A stretch of DNA of 32,000 nt. Source: Candidatus Hadarchaeota archaeon. GTDB taxonomy: Archaea; Hadarchaeota; Hadarchaeia; Hadarchaeales; Hadarchaeaceae. Under the pieces are notes generated by a model. It made no database searches, was not told the origin of the DNA, and saw nothing but the letters and a program-made list of their open reading frames with translations. The stretch lies in NCBI GenBank assembly GCA_964514965.1, contig CAZETV010000001.1, forward strand, positions 60,001 to 92,000, given 5' to 3'. Of the stretch, positions 7,036 to 16,813 are shown piece by piece (position 1 is the stretch's first letter; each line of letters starts with the position of its first letter). The position numbers and the translations under genes were made by a program.

Positions 7036-7623
7036 ATGTCTATTATCGGTTTGGTTGCGCTTACTCTGCTCTTGGGCCCATTTGGCGCTATACCGTTCGC
7101 GTTTGCTCAAGGAATGTCGACTTTTGATACTGCAATCACTGTAAGCATTATCCACGCGACTCTCGTGCCAGTATGGTTGGGTTTTTTTGAATTTATTGGG
7201 TATAGCATGCGTTACAAAAATCGTATTATCTCCCGTGTTATGAGGTACGCAACGACTAAATCTAAAAGGTTCAGGGTAGATATTGACAGTTACATACGAA
7301 AATTTGAGCGCCGGACGGGACAGTTCGGTTTTGCTCTCGGTGTGGTTGGATTCACATTTTTGGTTGGCGTCTCTTGGGCGGCTCTCTGTGCTTACATACT
7401 AAACATAAAGAAGAAGACGATCCTCGCATCCATCGCTGTCGGTGCAGTGATTTCAAGCGTTTTCTGGACCTTTGTGTTTGCTGGAATTGTGGGGGCCCTT
7501 CCTAGCCCATTGACACTTTACCTAATATTGATTGTTGCGACGTTCGCTTTCCTCGTATACAAGAAAGTTCGCGAGCGTAAACTATTACGGAAAATTTTTC
7601 ATCCAGTCTTAAAAGATCGTTGA
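7036..7623 (+). CDS. Small multi-drug export-like integral membrane protein (PF06695-like)
   Basis: 195 aa, N-terminal PFGAIPFAFAQGMS followed by multiple hydrophobic helices, resembling the small multidrug export protein family. Confidence 0.6.
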   Translation: MSIIGLVALTLLLGPFGAIPFAFAQGMSTFDTAITVSIIHATLVPVWLGFFEFIGYSMRYKNRIISRVMRYATTKSKRFRVDIDSYIRKFERRTGQFGFALGVVGFTFLVGVSWAALCAYILNIKKKTILASIAVGAVISSVFWTFVFAGIVGALPSPLTLYLILIVATFAFLVYKKVRERKLLRKIFHPVLKDR

Positions 7624-7675
7624 TGACTTTGCGTTGGAATCAGAGGAAACCGTGTCTGTTCTCGGACTCACGTTT

Positions 7676-8815
7676 TCATTTGATTAGCCCAATTTTGTAA
7701 AGGTACTCAGCTGCTAGCACTGCACCCTTCGCTGCGCCGAGTTCGGTGTTGTGCGAGAGCACGGTGTACTGGAAGCCGTTCTCAAAAGCGTTTGCTTCTA
7801 CTCCGCCGATGACCGCGACCATGCCACCTTCCAAGGTTGAATCGAACTTAGGCTGGGGCCTGTCTATCTCATTCATGATTACTATCGGTTGTTTAGGTGC
7901 GGTCGGTAATTCCAGTTTTTGTGGTTCGCCCCGATAATTTTTCCAAACTTCTTTCAGCTCATTGATAGTACATTCTTTCGTGGTCTCGATGAAAACGGAC
8001 TCCGTGTGACCGTCGAGGACCGGAACACGATTACATTTGCATGCAATCTTAAATCCCGTTGGTGTTATTTTATCTTCGTTGAATTCTCCAAGGAGCTTCA
8101 CCGTTTCTTTTCTGACTTTTTCTTCCTCCATGTGAATGTATGGAATGACGTTGCCCTCGAAGACACTTTGGGAAAATTCATCCAGTCCAGCCGGAAGGTC
8201 GGCCCCTTGTATCTTTCGCTGTTCGGCCCAGCTCCTGACCGCACTATACCCCGCGCCAGACACAGCCTGCATCGAAGCCATCGTCACGTGCTCAAGTCCG
8301 AATTCATCGTGCACAGGCTTCAAAGACATCACTAGGCCAATAGTCGTGCAGTTGGGCTGAGGCACGACAAATCCTTTCCAACCCCTACCTTTTTGTTGCA
8401 CATCTATGATGCCGGCATGTGACTCATTCACACTCGGCAGGTATACAAAGCTGTCGTCGAAGTAGCGATAGGCTGAAGCCGTGCTGACTACCGGCTTTTC
8501 CATTGCGATGTTTCCCTCGACCCCTAGCGCCGTTTCCGACGGCAACGCTGAAAAGAACAAGCTGTTTTCTTCAGGGCGCACGTTGCTAAGATTCCGGACT
8601 ATCATGTCTAAAATTTTTTTGCTGGACGCTCCTTTGCAAAACCATCTTGAATTTTCCATCCCATAATTTAGTGCATCTGCATAAGTCCTGTCAGCGGACC
8701 TTTCCGAGGCATACAATGCCGTGAGCTCAAACCACGGGTGCTTCTGAAGGTTGAGTACAAATTTCTGCCCAACCTCGCCCGTCGCGCCCAAGACAGCAAC
8801 TGGTATTTTCTTCAT
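7676..8815 (-). CDS. asd: Aspartate-semialdehyde dehydrogenase
   Basis: 379 aa. VAVLGATGEVGQKFV, VPQPNCTT (active-site Cys), CNRVPVLDGHTESVFIE. Confidence 0.93.
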   Translation of the reverse strand: MKKIPVAVLGATGEVGQKFVLNLQKHPWFELTALYASERSADRTYADALNYGMENSRWFCKGASSKKILDMIVRNLSNVRPEENSLFFSALPSETALGVEGNIAMEKPVVSTASAYRYFDDSFVYLPSVNESHAGIIDVQQKGRGWKGFVVPQPNCTTIGLVMSLKPVHDEFGLEHVTMASMQAVSGAGYSAVRSWAEQRKIQGADLPAGLDEFSQSVFEGNVIPYIHMEEEKVRKETVKLLGEFNEDKITPTGFKIACKCNRVPVLDGHTESVFIETTKECTINELKEVWKNYRGEPQKLELPTAPKQPIVIMNEIDRPQPKFDSTLEGGMVAVIGGVEANAFENGFQYTVLSHNTELGAAKGAVLAAEYLYKIGLIK

Positions 8816-8889
8816 TCATTCACCTGCTCTACTGTGTTCTCAAGTCTTATTTATTTAATTTGACAAGTTGAAAAGATTTAGGTGTTTAG

Positions 8890-9024
8890 ATGCCCCGCCG
8901 CAAGTATGGGCACATGGTCGGGCCACTTCCAGCTCCGCCTAAACCCGAAAAGTGTAGATTTTGTAGGCGGGGGTTACCTTGTCCTTTCCATAAGCAAAGA
9001 AAAACATCTCTGAGAAAAAAGTAG
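8890..9024 (+). CDS. 44-aa basic Cys/His-rich microprotein, putative zinc-binding
   Basis: Below the ORF-track cutoff. ATG at 8890, TAG at 9022-9024: MPRRKYGHMVGPLPAPPKPEKCRFCRRGLPCPFHKQRKTSLRKK. AGGTG RBS 5 nt upstream of the ATG, AT-rich promoter-like sequence upstream; C-x2-C-x5-C-x2-H pattern. Confidence 0.55.
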   Translation: MPRRKYGHMVGPLPAPPKPEKCRFCRRGLPCPFHKQRKTSLRKK

Positions 9025-9043
9025 TGATCGTCATTTTGATTAA

Positions 9044-10099
9044 TTAAGTAGATAGTTTGCTAATTTTTGTCAGGAATTCTTCTTGTTGTGTCCACAGTTC
9101 ACGTTTCAGAGTCCTGAAGTCCCTCTTGATATTTTTAGAATCATCGAGAGCACGCAATGAAACTTCCTTGATCTCTTTCAGATTAGCGCTTCTGACATCT
9201 ATTACCTTATCTTTCTGACCAATGAACTCCATGAAATTGTAATTTTTGGCGTCGTAAGCAACATTTACTATTGGAACCTCGCTTCCGAATGCTAGCACTG
9301 TAGAATGCATCATCATCCCAATGACTAAATCTAGTTTACTGTAAATGAATTTCATTTTGTATGGGTCGGGGGCTGTATCCACCACTTTGAGCGGCAATTT
9401 TTTCTTTCGCATTATCTCAACAACGTGGTGCTCATCTGGATGGTGTACTAAATAGACGATTTCTGCGTTTAGATGTTTAATTAAAAATTTGCAAGCTTTG
9501 ATGTACTCTTCAATTGTTCGGTACAAATATTCAGGATACAGCGCCCAGTAGTGGCAAGCCACGTTCACACCTATCTTTATTTTGCTTTCATCTAGGGCGA
9601 TTTGACTAGTCTCTTCAGAAGCGAGAAAAATTGCGGGATCACCTATTACGTGCACATCGTTTACTCCTAAATCTCTCAAAAATTTACAGGTGTATCCGTC
9701 CCGAACGGAGGTGAGTTTGGCGCGCGCGTTCAATAATCGAATGCTTTCTTTTTGCTCTTGAGTCAGTTCCTTGTCTCCGAGATTTCTGATGTATCCTATT
9801 CCATAGAGCACGATTGGTATCTCTACCGATTTGATAATTTGTGCATCCATCGGGAGAAAAAATTTGGAGTATAATCCTCCTCCCCCGATTACACAAATGT
9901 CATGCTGGTTGATGGTCTCGATAAATTCGGTGGGTTGTGGTTTTTCTAATTCTTCGACTTCCCCCGGGGTATAGGTAAATGGTTTCAAACGGGAGCGTAG
10001 CATGTCTCTGATTGAATATGCTATAGCGATTTCGCCTATGTTGTAAAAATCCTCTTCTCTCCTACAAAAATGGATTATACTAGACAATGTAACTCCCAT
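9044..10099 (-). CDS. Polysaccharide pyruvyl transferase family protein (PF04230-like)
   Basis: 351 aa. GDPAIFLASE, LDLVIGMMMHSTVLAFGSEVPIVNVAYDAKNYNFMEFIG are characteristic. Exact start uncertain (ATG 10099, or a TTG four codons later preceded by GGGAG). Confidence 0.8.
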   Translation of the reverse strand: MGVTLSSIIHFCRREEDFYNIGEIAIAYSIRDMLRSRLKPFTYTPGEVEELEKPQPTEFIETINQHDICVIGGGGLYSKFFLPMDAQIIKSVEIPIVLYGIGYIRNLGDKELTQEQKESIRLLNARAKLTSVRDGYTCKFLRDLGVNDVHVIGDPAIFLASEETSQIALDESKIKIGVNVACHYWALYPEYLYRTIEEYIKACKFLIKHLNAEIVYLVHHPDEHHVVEIMRKKKLPLKVVDTAPDPYKMKFIYSKLDLVIGMMMHSTVLAFGSEVPIVNVAYDAKNYNFMEFIGQKDKVIDVRSANLKEIKEVSLRALDDSKNIKRDFRTLKRELWTQQEEFLTKISKLST

Positions 10100-10117
10100 T
10101 TCACTAAGTTCATCGGA

Positions 10118-10891
10118 CTATAAACCTAGGACATCCTGCATGTCTTGCACAACGCTTGGCTTGCCGTTTTCAACGATGTAGCGGATTGCCTTCATCGCTC
10201 CTGCAGCAAACGTCTCTCGACTCTGCGCACGATGAATTATCTCGAACCGTTCCCCCGGGGTGAAGAATATCACCGTGTGTTCTCCGACAATGTCGCCTTC
10301 TCTAATCGATTTAATTTTTATTTTATCCTCGCTCCAGTTGAATTCTTTCGCGATAATTTGCGCAGCTCTGCGTGCGGTTCCGCTGGGAGCGTCGCGCTTG
10401 TGTACATGGTGCGCTTCAACTATTTCTACTTTGTAATCGCTGCCCAACATCCTTGCAGTTTTCTCGACTGATTTGAAAAATACATTTACGCCGACAGACA
10501 TGTTTGGTGAAATGACCGCTCGGATTTTCCCTTTTTTCACGGCTTCTTCCATTTCAACCAGCTGTTCTGCCGTGAAGCCGGTGGTACCCACGACCACAGA
10601 AACGCCCACTTCTGATGCGGTTTTGACGTTTTGAACTGTGGCATCTGCTTTGGTGAAGTCCATTAAGACATCTGGCTTTGACTCCTTCAGAACTTCAGCC
10701 AGTTTGTCTGCACCAACAATTTTTACGCCAAGTCCACCCACATCAGCTAGTTCCCCGGCATCCTTTCCTACATTTGGGATATCGGGGACATCGATGGCTG
10801 CAACCAACTTCATATCCGATTGTTTCGCGACTTGGCGCACAATTAGCCTGCCCATCCGTCCGCAGGCACCGCAGACAGCAACTCGAATCAT
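10118..10891 (-). CDS. dapB: 4-hydroxy-tetrahydrodipicolinate reductase
   Basis: 257 aa. VAVCGACGRMGRLIV, VVGTTGFTAEQ, SPNMSVGVNVFFK, EAHHVHKRDAPSGTARRAA. Confidence 0.95.
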   Translation of the reverse strand: MIRVAVCGACGRMGRLIVRQVAKQSDMKLVAAIDVPDIPNVGKDAGELADVGGLGVKIVGADKLAEVLKESKPDVLMDFTKADATVQNVKTASEVGVSVVVGTTGFTAEQLVEMEEAVKKGKIRAVISPNMSVGVNVFFKSVEKTARMLGSDYKVEIVEAHHVHKRDAPSGTARRAAQIIAKEFNWSEDKIKIKSIREGDIVGEHTVIFFTPGERFEIIHRAQSRETFAAGAMKAIRYIVENGKPSVVQDMQDVLGL

Positions 10892-11772
10892 TTTACCAAT
10901 CTCATGTCGACTAGAACTTTGCGCAATTTTTCTTGGTTTTCTGGCTCGAGTTCTACTAATGGTAGCCTAGGTCCTCCAGCGGACATCCCCATCCAGTTCA
11001 TGGCCATCTTGACGGGCCCTGGATTAGTTTCTATAAACAACACCTTGAACAGCGATGTTAATTCGTCGTTAATCCGTTTGGCTGTTTCGACATCTCTGGA
11101 CCTAAAAGAATCTACTATCTTAGCCACTTTATCAGGCACGATGTTTGCTGCAACCGAGATAATGCCGACCCCCCCCATTTTCATAATTTCGAGCATCAGC
11201 GAATCGTTACCAGAAATCACAACGAAATTTTCACCGCGAGTCAGTTCAATTATTCGCATGATTTGCTCTAGGTTTCCGCTTGCTTCTTTTACTCCCACGA
11301 TGTTCTTCAGCTTGGCCAGTTTTGCCATGGTCTCAGGCTCCATGTTGACGCTCGTGCGCGAGGGTATATTGTAAATAACTTGAGGTATATCGACCTCCTC
11401 CGCGAGCCGCTTGTAATGCTGGTAAAGGCCCGCTTGAGTTGGCCTGTTATAATAGGGCACCACGAGTAGCGCTCCGTCCGCGCCCACTTCCTTTGCGTGT
11501 TTCGTGAGCATGATTGCTTCCCACGTGCTGTTGCTCCCAGTGCCAGCAAGCACGGGCACTTTTCCCTTTGCCGCATCGACAACGATTTCGACGACGCGGT
11601 TGTGTTCTTCGTAAGAAAGCGTTGTGCATTCACCTGTTGTCCCAACCGGCACTAATCCGTGGATACCATTTTTGATTTGAAATTTCACATTTTCGCGAAG
11701 CCCTTCCTCGTAGATTTTTCCATCTTTATCAAAGGGCGTGACCATTGCAGTTAGGGCGCCTTCGAACATCAT
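10888..11772 (-). CDS. dapA: 4-hydroxy-tetrahydrodipicolinate synthase
   Basis: 294 aa. GLVPVGTTGECTTLS, YNIPSRTSVNM, VGVKEASG; 4-nt overlap with dapB. Confidence 0.95.
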   Translation of the reverse strand: MMFEGALTAMVTPFDKDGKIYEEGLRENVKFQIKNGIHGLVPVGTTGECTTLSYEEHNRVVEIVVDAAKGKVPVLAGTGSNSTWEAIMLTKHAKEVGADGALLVVPYYNRPTQAGLYQHYKRLAEEVDIPQVIYNIPSRTSVNMEPETMAKLAKLKNIVGVKEASGNLEQIMRIIELTRGENFVVISGNDSLMLEIMKMGGVGIISVAANIVPDKVAKIVDSFRSRDVETAKRINDELTSLFKVLFIETNPGPVKMAMNWMGMSAGGPRLPLVELEPENQEKLRKVLVDMRLVK

Positions 11773-12998
11773 ATAACCTCCTTAATAGTCTGCCTGAGCA
11801 GCTTCAGGGCTTTCTTACGATCGTCCCAGTTGACGAAGAAGCTAATCGACGCCCGGCTTGAGAATATTTCAATGATGTTTATCCGAGCTCGCGCGAGAGG
11901 TTCCGACAATTTGGATATGGCACCCGGCGTGTAGATGAATCGTTCACTTTCCGCAATGAGCAATGCAATGTTGTTCTCACTCGTCACTGATTTCATCTTT
12001 CTGTTTAGAATTATGCTTTTGTGCAGCAGCTCAAGTGCTCGGTGGGACTCCTCCTCCATAACGTAAATCGAGAAAGACCTTGGGCCGATTGAGATGCCGA
12101 ATATGTTTATGCCCGCTTTGGTTAGGGGGGTTGCGCACTTTACAAGTATCCCTGGCGTAGTCTGCATTTCTTCGCCGACTATCGTCAGCATCGCAAGCGG
12201 TTTTTCGTGCGCTCGAACACCCACAAATTCGACCTCCTTTGGTCCTACAATAGTTGTACCCCGAACAGATAAATTACCGTATCGGAAGTGTATAACCTTG
12301 GCGTTTATGTGGGGGCTCTTATAACTCATCGCTCGGGGATGCATCACCTGCGCCCCAAAGCGTGCTAGGTCACGCATTTCTTCTACTGAGATGCGCTTGA
12401 TTAACTGTGCTTCCTTGATTTTGTTGGGATCAACAGTCATAACCCCTTCGGCATCTGTGACAATAATCACCTCATCTGCGCCTAAGCATTCTCCCATTAG
12501 AAAACCCGTTATATCGCTGCCTCCGCGTCCGATCGTTGTTATATTGCCTTGATTATCTTTGCCCAGAAAACCGCATATCACAGGGATTACACGCTTTTTC
12601 AGTAAAGGAGAAATGAATTTTTTGGTTCTAATTCTCGTCTCGGCCAAGTTCACGTTAGCAAAGCCGAAGTTGCTGTTAGTCACCACCGGCCATTCACGTT
12701 GATTAGGGTCTATATACCTTGCATTCGCCCCAAAGCTACACAATGCTGCAGCGAATACTCGAGCACTCGTTTGCTCTCCCATCGCCATAACATCGTCGAG
12801 TTCTCGGGCGCTCACCTTGCCATCAGTGCCCGCTTTCGCTGCTTTAATTAGTTCATCTGTTGTGTGCCCCATTGCGGACACTACTACTGCCACTTCAGTG
12901 CCTTTTTTATACTCTCGATAGACGGCTTTTGCCCCCATACGTATACGTTCGCCGTCCGCGACGCTGGTCCCCCCAAACTTGACGACAATTCGCCTCAC
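11769..12998 (-). CDS. lysC: Aspartate kinase
   Basis: 409 aa. VVKFGGTSVADG, TTIGRGGSDITGF, two C-terminal ACT-like segments; 4-nt overlap with dapA. Confidence 0.95.
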   Translation of the reverse strand: MRRIVVKFGGTSVADGERIRMGAKAVYREYKKGTEVAVVVSAMGHTTDELIKAAKAGTDGKVSARELDDVMAMGEQTSARVFAAALCSFGANARYIDPNQREWPVVTNSNFGFANVNLAETRIRTKKFISPLLKKRVIPVICGFLGKDNQGNITTIGRGGSDITGFLMGECLGADEVIIVTDAEGVMTVDPNKIKEAQLIKRISVEEMRDLARFGAQVMHPRAMSYKSPHINAKVIHFRYGNLSVRGTTIVGPKEVEFVGVRAHEKPLAMLTIVGEEMQTTPGILVKCATPLTKAGINIFGISIGPRSFSIYVMEEESHRALELLHKSIILNRKMKSVTSENNIALLIAESERFIYTPGAISKLSEPLARARINIIEIFSSRASISFFVNWDDRKKALKLLRQTIKEVI

Positions 12999-14308
12999 TT
13001 AAGCCACCCGGGGATTTGATCGAGGCGTGTCAGGTCTTCGTAACTTTCCCTCTTCCGGATGATTTCGGTCTTGCCACGGTTGACCAAAACCATTGCCGGG
13101 CGGGGCTGAGCGGTGTGTTGGTTAGATACAGCTAAGCCATAAGCCCCAACATCGAAAATCACAGCCAGATCTCCGGGTTCGGTGGCGGGCAACTTACGTT
13201 CTTTGCCCAAGAAATCGCCAGACTCACAGAGGGGCCCAGCGATATTGAAGAGTATCTCATTTTTTTCTCGGATTTTGTTTGCGAGTTCGATATGGTGGTA
13301 TGCTCCGTAAAGAGCTGGCCTAATCAGCGCGTTCATCCCCGCGTCAACCGCCACCCATGTTGGCATCCCGGGCCGCTCCTTGGTGTAGCCGACACGTGCC
13401 AGCAGCACACTTGCGTCGGCGATTATGTACCGCCCTGGTTCAAAGACAAGTGTCGGTTTTGTGAGATTCTTTTCTTCGACGACCCGTTTGACCACAGCCA
13501 CTATGCGCTCTGCTACTTGTGCGGGTTTGAGTTCTGGGTCATCGGGTTTATAGGGGATTCCGATACCGCCCCCAAAATCGACGAATTGGAGGTTGATGTT
13601 AAACCTTTTTTTAATCTCGACTACTAGAGCCATAAGTTTCTTAGCCTCTTCCTCGAAGGGCCCGGAGTCGAGGAGTTGAGAGCCGATATGGGCGTGGATG
13701 CCAACGACCTTGACGTTCTTCATCTTTGATGCGAGCTTGTATGCTTCAAGTGCCTGCCCACTCGCAACATCGAACCCAAATTTACTCTCTCGAAGCCCCG
13801 TGGCTATGTAAGGGTGAGTCGGGGCTTTCACGTCAGGGTTCACTCTAAACCCTATCCGTGCTTTTTTTCCAATCCTTGCGGCGATTTTTTCAACCACATT
13901 AAGTTCCTGCGCACTGTCAACGTTTATCAGAACGTTGTTAATTATTGCATACTCCAGCTCCGGAGGTGATTTGTGGTTGCCGTTGAAGATTGCCCTCTCA
14001 CCAGGAACGCCAACCTTCAGGGCGTTTCGGAGTTCATTACCGGAACTAATCTCCGCACCCGCATTCTCGCTCTGCAGAATTTTGCAAATCGCCAAGTTGG
14101 AGTTAGCCTTGAGGGCGTAGGAGACAAACACGTTTGGCCATCTCTCGGCAAAGGCATGATAGAAACGCCTGTAGTTCTCGCGCACACGCTGTTCATCAAC
14201 TACATATAAAGGAGTTCCAAATCGCTCGGCGAGTTCGACCGCGTCGGCACCACCAATCACGAGATGTCCTTTGGGGTTGGTGCTGAAATGCTGTTTCAGC
14301 ATTAGCAT
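12995..14308 (-). CDS. lysA: Diaminopimelate decarboxylase
   Basis: 437 aa. SYALKANSNLAI, GAEISSGNELRNAL, FVDFGGGIGIPY, GPLCESGDF; 4-nt overlap with lysC. Confidence 0.95.
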   Translation of the reverse strand: MLMLKQHFSTNPKGHLVIGGADAVELAERFGTPLYVVDEQRVRENYRRFYHAFAERWPNVFVSYALKANSNLAICKILQSENAGAEISSGNELRNALKVGVPGERAIFNGNHKSPPELEYAIINNVLINVDSAQELNVVEKIAARIGKKARIGFRVNPDVKAPTHPYIATGLRESKFGFDVASGQALEAYKLASKMKNVKVVGIHAHIGSQLLDSGPFEEEAKKLMALVVEIKKRFNINLQFVDFGGGIGIPYKPDDPELKPAQVAERIVAVVKRVVEEKNLTKPTLVFEPGRYIIADASVLLARVGYTKERPGMPTWVAVDAGMNALIRPALYGAYHHIELANKIREKNEILFNIAGPLCESGDFLGKERKLPATEPGDLAVIFDVGAYGLAVSNQHTAQPRPAMVLVNRGKTEIIRKRESYEDLTRLDQIPGWLK

Positions 14309-15639
14309 TTTCTCTCAACCTCGCGGAGGGCTTCCCCGAAGATATCTAGGCCAAGTTCGAGTTCGTTTTGACTTATGATGAGCGGTGGGGCTATTCGAAT
14401 AGTTGATTTTCCTCCCCGAAAGACGATGAGCCCTCGATTCAAGGCTCCCTGTATCACTGCATTACGCTCTTTGATTGCTTTCTTCTTTGTCCGCCTATCT
14501 CTGACTAATTCCACCGCTAACAGCAGTCCTTTACCCCTAACTTCGCCAATCAAGCGGGATTCATCGGCGAATTCCTGTAGCCGTTTGAGCGCAAGCTCGC
14601 CTAGCTCGCCAGCTCTTTTCACGAGCTTTTGTTTTTCCAAGATATCTAACCCTTCAAGAGCTGCCGCGCAGGCTATCAGGTTGCCTCCGAAGGTCGAGGC
14701 GTGCGCTCCAGGTTCCCAATCCATGACCTTCGCGTTGGCTATTGTCGCGCCTATTGGGGCCATCCCACCAGCTAGTGCTTTCGCTACACACGAGATTTCG
14801 GGCGTTATTTTCCAATGTTCCATCGCGAACATCTTTCCAGTTCGCCCGAGACCAGTCTGGATCTCGTCGGCTATAAAGAGCCAGTCGTGTTTCTCGCACA
14901 ACTCTCTCAACATTGGGTAGTATTCAGGTGGGGGGATGATGTACCCGGAGTTACCTTGAATCGGCTCGATGATGACTGCAGCAACCTCCTCAGGTGGGAT
15001 TACTTGTTTTATTGATTTGCGGATGTACTCAACACATGTGAAATCGCACCCTGGGTAACTCTGACTGAATGGGCATCGGTAGCAGTAGGGGTAGGGCATG
15101 AAGCTCACGCCCGGCACTAACGGGGCAAAATAGCGATGATGAACGACGTTTACTGAGGACAGGCTCATCGCTCCGAAAGTTCGGCCATGGAATGCCCCTG
15201 TGAAAGCAATCATGCGTGGGCGGCGAGTGTGCCAGCGAGCGCATTTGAAGGCTGCTTCCACTGATTCGGCGCCACTGTTTCCGAAGTAAACGCGTTTGGC
15301 AAACTTTCCAGGAGTAATCCTCACGAGTTTTTCAGCGAGCTTCACCTGCGCCTCGTAGTAGAAATCGGTTCCGGCGAAGTGTGTGAGCTTCGTAGCCTGT
15401 TGCTCGATGGCGCGGATAAGTTGAGGGTGAGAATAACCAAAGTTGAGGACGAACATGCCCGATGTGAGATCGAGCAGGACGTTTCCGTCCACATCCCGCA
15501 CATAACAACCCCAACCTTCCTTCGCCACTATCTGCTCAGCTCGCGTGTAAGAAGGTGACATTACACGCTCATCACGTGCAACTATCCCTTTTGCTCGAGG
15601 GCCTGGAATTGGTTTTACAATCCGTGGGCCCCTTTTCAT
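14302..15639 (-). CDS. Class-III PLP-dependent aminotransferase (4-aminobutyrate/ornithine aminotransferase-like; related archaeal proteins include amino-acid racemases)
   Basis: 445 aa. PGPRAKGIVARDERV, GNVLLDLTSGMFVLNFGY, NSGAESVEAAFKCAR, AFTGAFHGRT, LFIADEIQTGLGRTGKMFA, SCVAKALAGGMAPIGA. Confidence 0.88.
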   Translation of the reverse strand: MKRGPRIVKPIPGPRAKGIVARDERVMSPSYTRAEQIVAKEGWGCYVRDVDGNVLLDLTSGMFVLNFGYSHPQLIRAIEQQATKLTHFAGTDFYYEAQVKLAEKLVRITPGKFAKRVYFGNSGAESVEAAFKCARWHTRRPRMIAFTGAFHGRTFGAMSLSSVNVVHHRYFAPLVPGVSFMPYPYCYRCPFSQSYPGCDFTCVEYIRKSIKQVIPPEEVAAVIIEPIQGNSGYIIPPPEYYPMLRELCEKHDWLFIADEIQTGLGRTGKMFAMEHWKITPEISCVAKALAGGMAPIGATIANAKVMDWEPGAHASTFGGNLIACAAALEGLDILEKQKLVKRAGELGELALKRLQEFADESRLIGEVRGKGLLLAVELVRDRRTKKKAIKERNAVIQGALNRGLIVFRGGKSTIRIAPPLIISQNELELGLDIFGEALREVERKC

Positions 15640-15774
15640 CCATGCTGGTTTTGACAGACTCTCACCCTACAGTTTTACGCAAATATATCTATTTAAATAA
15701 TTGCAGCGGCGTAACAAAGCAAGCTAACTAAGTTTTTTATAGCTAGCAGCGCCTTTTCCTTCAGAGGTGCACTT

Positions 15775-16662
15775 GTGGTAAATCCTAAAATGCGTGTTGG
15801 AAAAAGAGATGTGTTAGCGGTTTTACCTAAACGAAAGCATGGAGCACACAAAGGTGACTATGGACGGTTACTCGTTGTCGGGGGCGGGTCGCGTTATGTT
15901 GGGGCTCCAGCGCTCGTTGGCCTAGCCGCGTTGCATTCCGGTGTTGACCTCGCAATCATTGCTGCGCCTGAAAAAGCAGCTTGGACGATAAACTCATTCT
16001 CACCAGACCTTATCACAATCAAACTTCCCTGTCGCGACCTTGAGCCCTCCGCAATTTCTGAATTACGGAACGAATTTAAACTCTCAACAGCCGTAGTCGT
16101 GGGGCCGGGATTGGGCACGCTTGCGAAGACACGTGACGCTATAATCGAGATAGCACGCACCCTCAAGGAGGCGCAACCAAACCTGCCCGCGCTCTTCGAC
16201 GCGGATGGGTTGAAAGCGCTGGCATCAGAGCGGGATTTACTTCAGGAAATGCGTTGGGTTCTGACACCCCATGCGCGTGAGTTCGAATTACTAACTGGCG
16301 TGGACCTCCCAGCTGACATAAACGGACGAGCCCAACAGGTCAAGGCTGCCGCAAAGCAGTTCGGCTGCACGGTGTTGTTGAAATCGTGGGTGGACATTAT
16401 TGCATCACCTGCTGGCAAAGTTAAACTCAATTACACAGGCAACTCCGGGATGACAGTGGGAGGCACAGGTGATGTACTCGCAGGAATAGTGGGCACTTTC
16501 TTGGCGCAAGGGGTAGAACCTTTCAAAGCTGCGGTCTCTGGAGCTTGGGTATGCGGGCGGGCGGGGGATATATGCCTTCGGGAAAAGAGTAATGAATTCT
16601 TAGCATCAGACTTGCTTGGGAAATTATCCGAAGTTTTCAAGGAGGTTAGAGGAAGGAGATGA
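15775..16662 (+). CDS. nnrD: ADP-dependent NAD(P)H-hydrate dehydratase domain protein
   Basis: 295 aa. [69 protein letters not shown] start preceded by a GAGGTG RBS. Confidence 0.88.
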   Translation: MVNPKMRVGKRDVLAVLPKRKHGAHKGDYGRLLVVGGGSRYVGAPALVGLAALHSGVDLAIIAAPEKAAWTINSFSPDLITIKLPCRDLEPSAISELRNEFKLSTAVVVGPGLGTLAKTRDAIIEIARTLKEAQPNLPALFDADGLKALASERDLLQEMRWVLTPHAREFELLTGVDLPADINGRAQQVKAAAKQFGCTVLLKSWVDIIASPAGKVKLNYTGNSGMTVGGTGDVLAGIVGTFLAQGVEPFKAAVSGAWVCGRAGDICLREKSNEFLASDLLGKLSEVFKEVRGRR

Positions 16663-16666
16663 TATT

Positions 16667-16813
16667 ATGGCGAAATTTGAAGCTGCTGAGCGGCGCTTAT
16701 TTAACGTGAAGATATGTATGCGGTGCAACGCGCGCAACCCTTGGAAGGCAACCAAGTGCAGGAAGTGCGGCTACAGTGGGCTTAGGTCGAAATCGAGGGA
16801 GCCACGAGGATGA
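16667..16813 (+). CDS. rpl40e: Ribosomal protein L40e
   Basis: 48 aa [48 protein letters not shown]. The track ORF starts earlier (16616), but ATG 16667 is preceded by GGAGATG-type RBS sequence. Confidence 0.92.
   Translation: MAKFEAAERRLFNVKICMRCNARNPWKATKCRKCGYSGLRSKSREPRG

Noticed and set aside
7919-8335. 138-aa ORF opposite asd
   Set aside because: Shadow of asd; low-complexity composition and no RBS or independent context.
11307-11645. 112-aa and 60-aa reverse ORFs inside dapA
   Set aside because: Alternate frames of a strongly conserved enzyme gene, rich in Arg/Trp/Ser as expected for out-of-frame translation.
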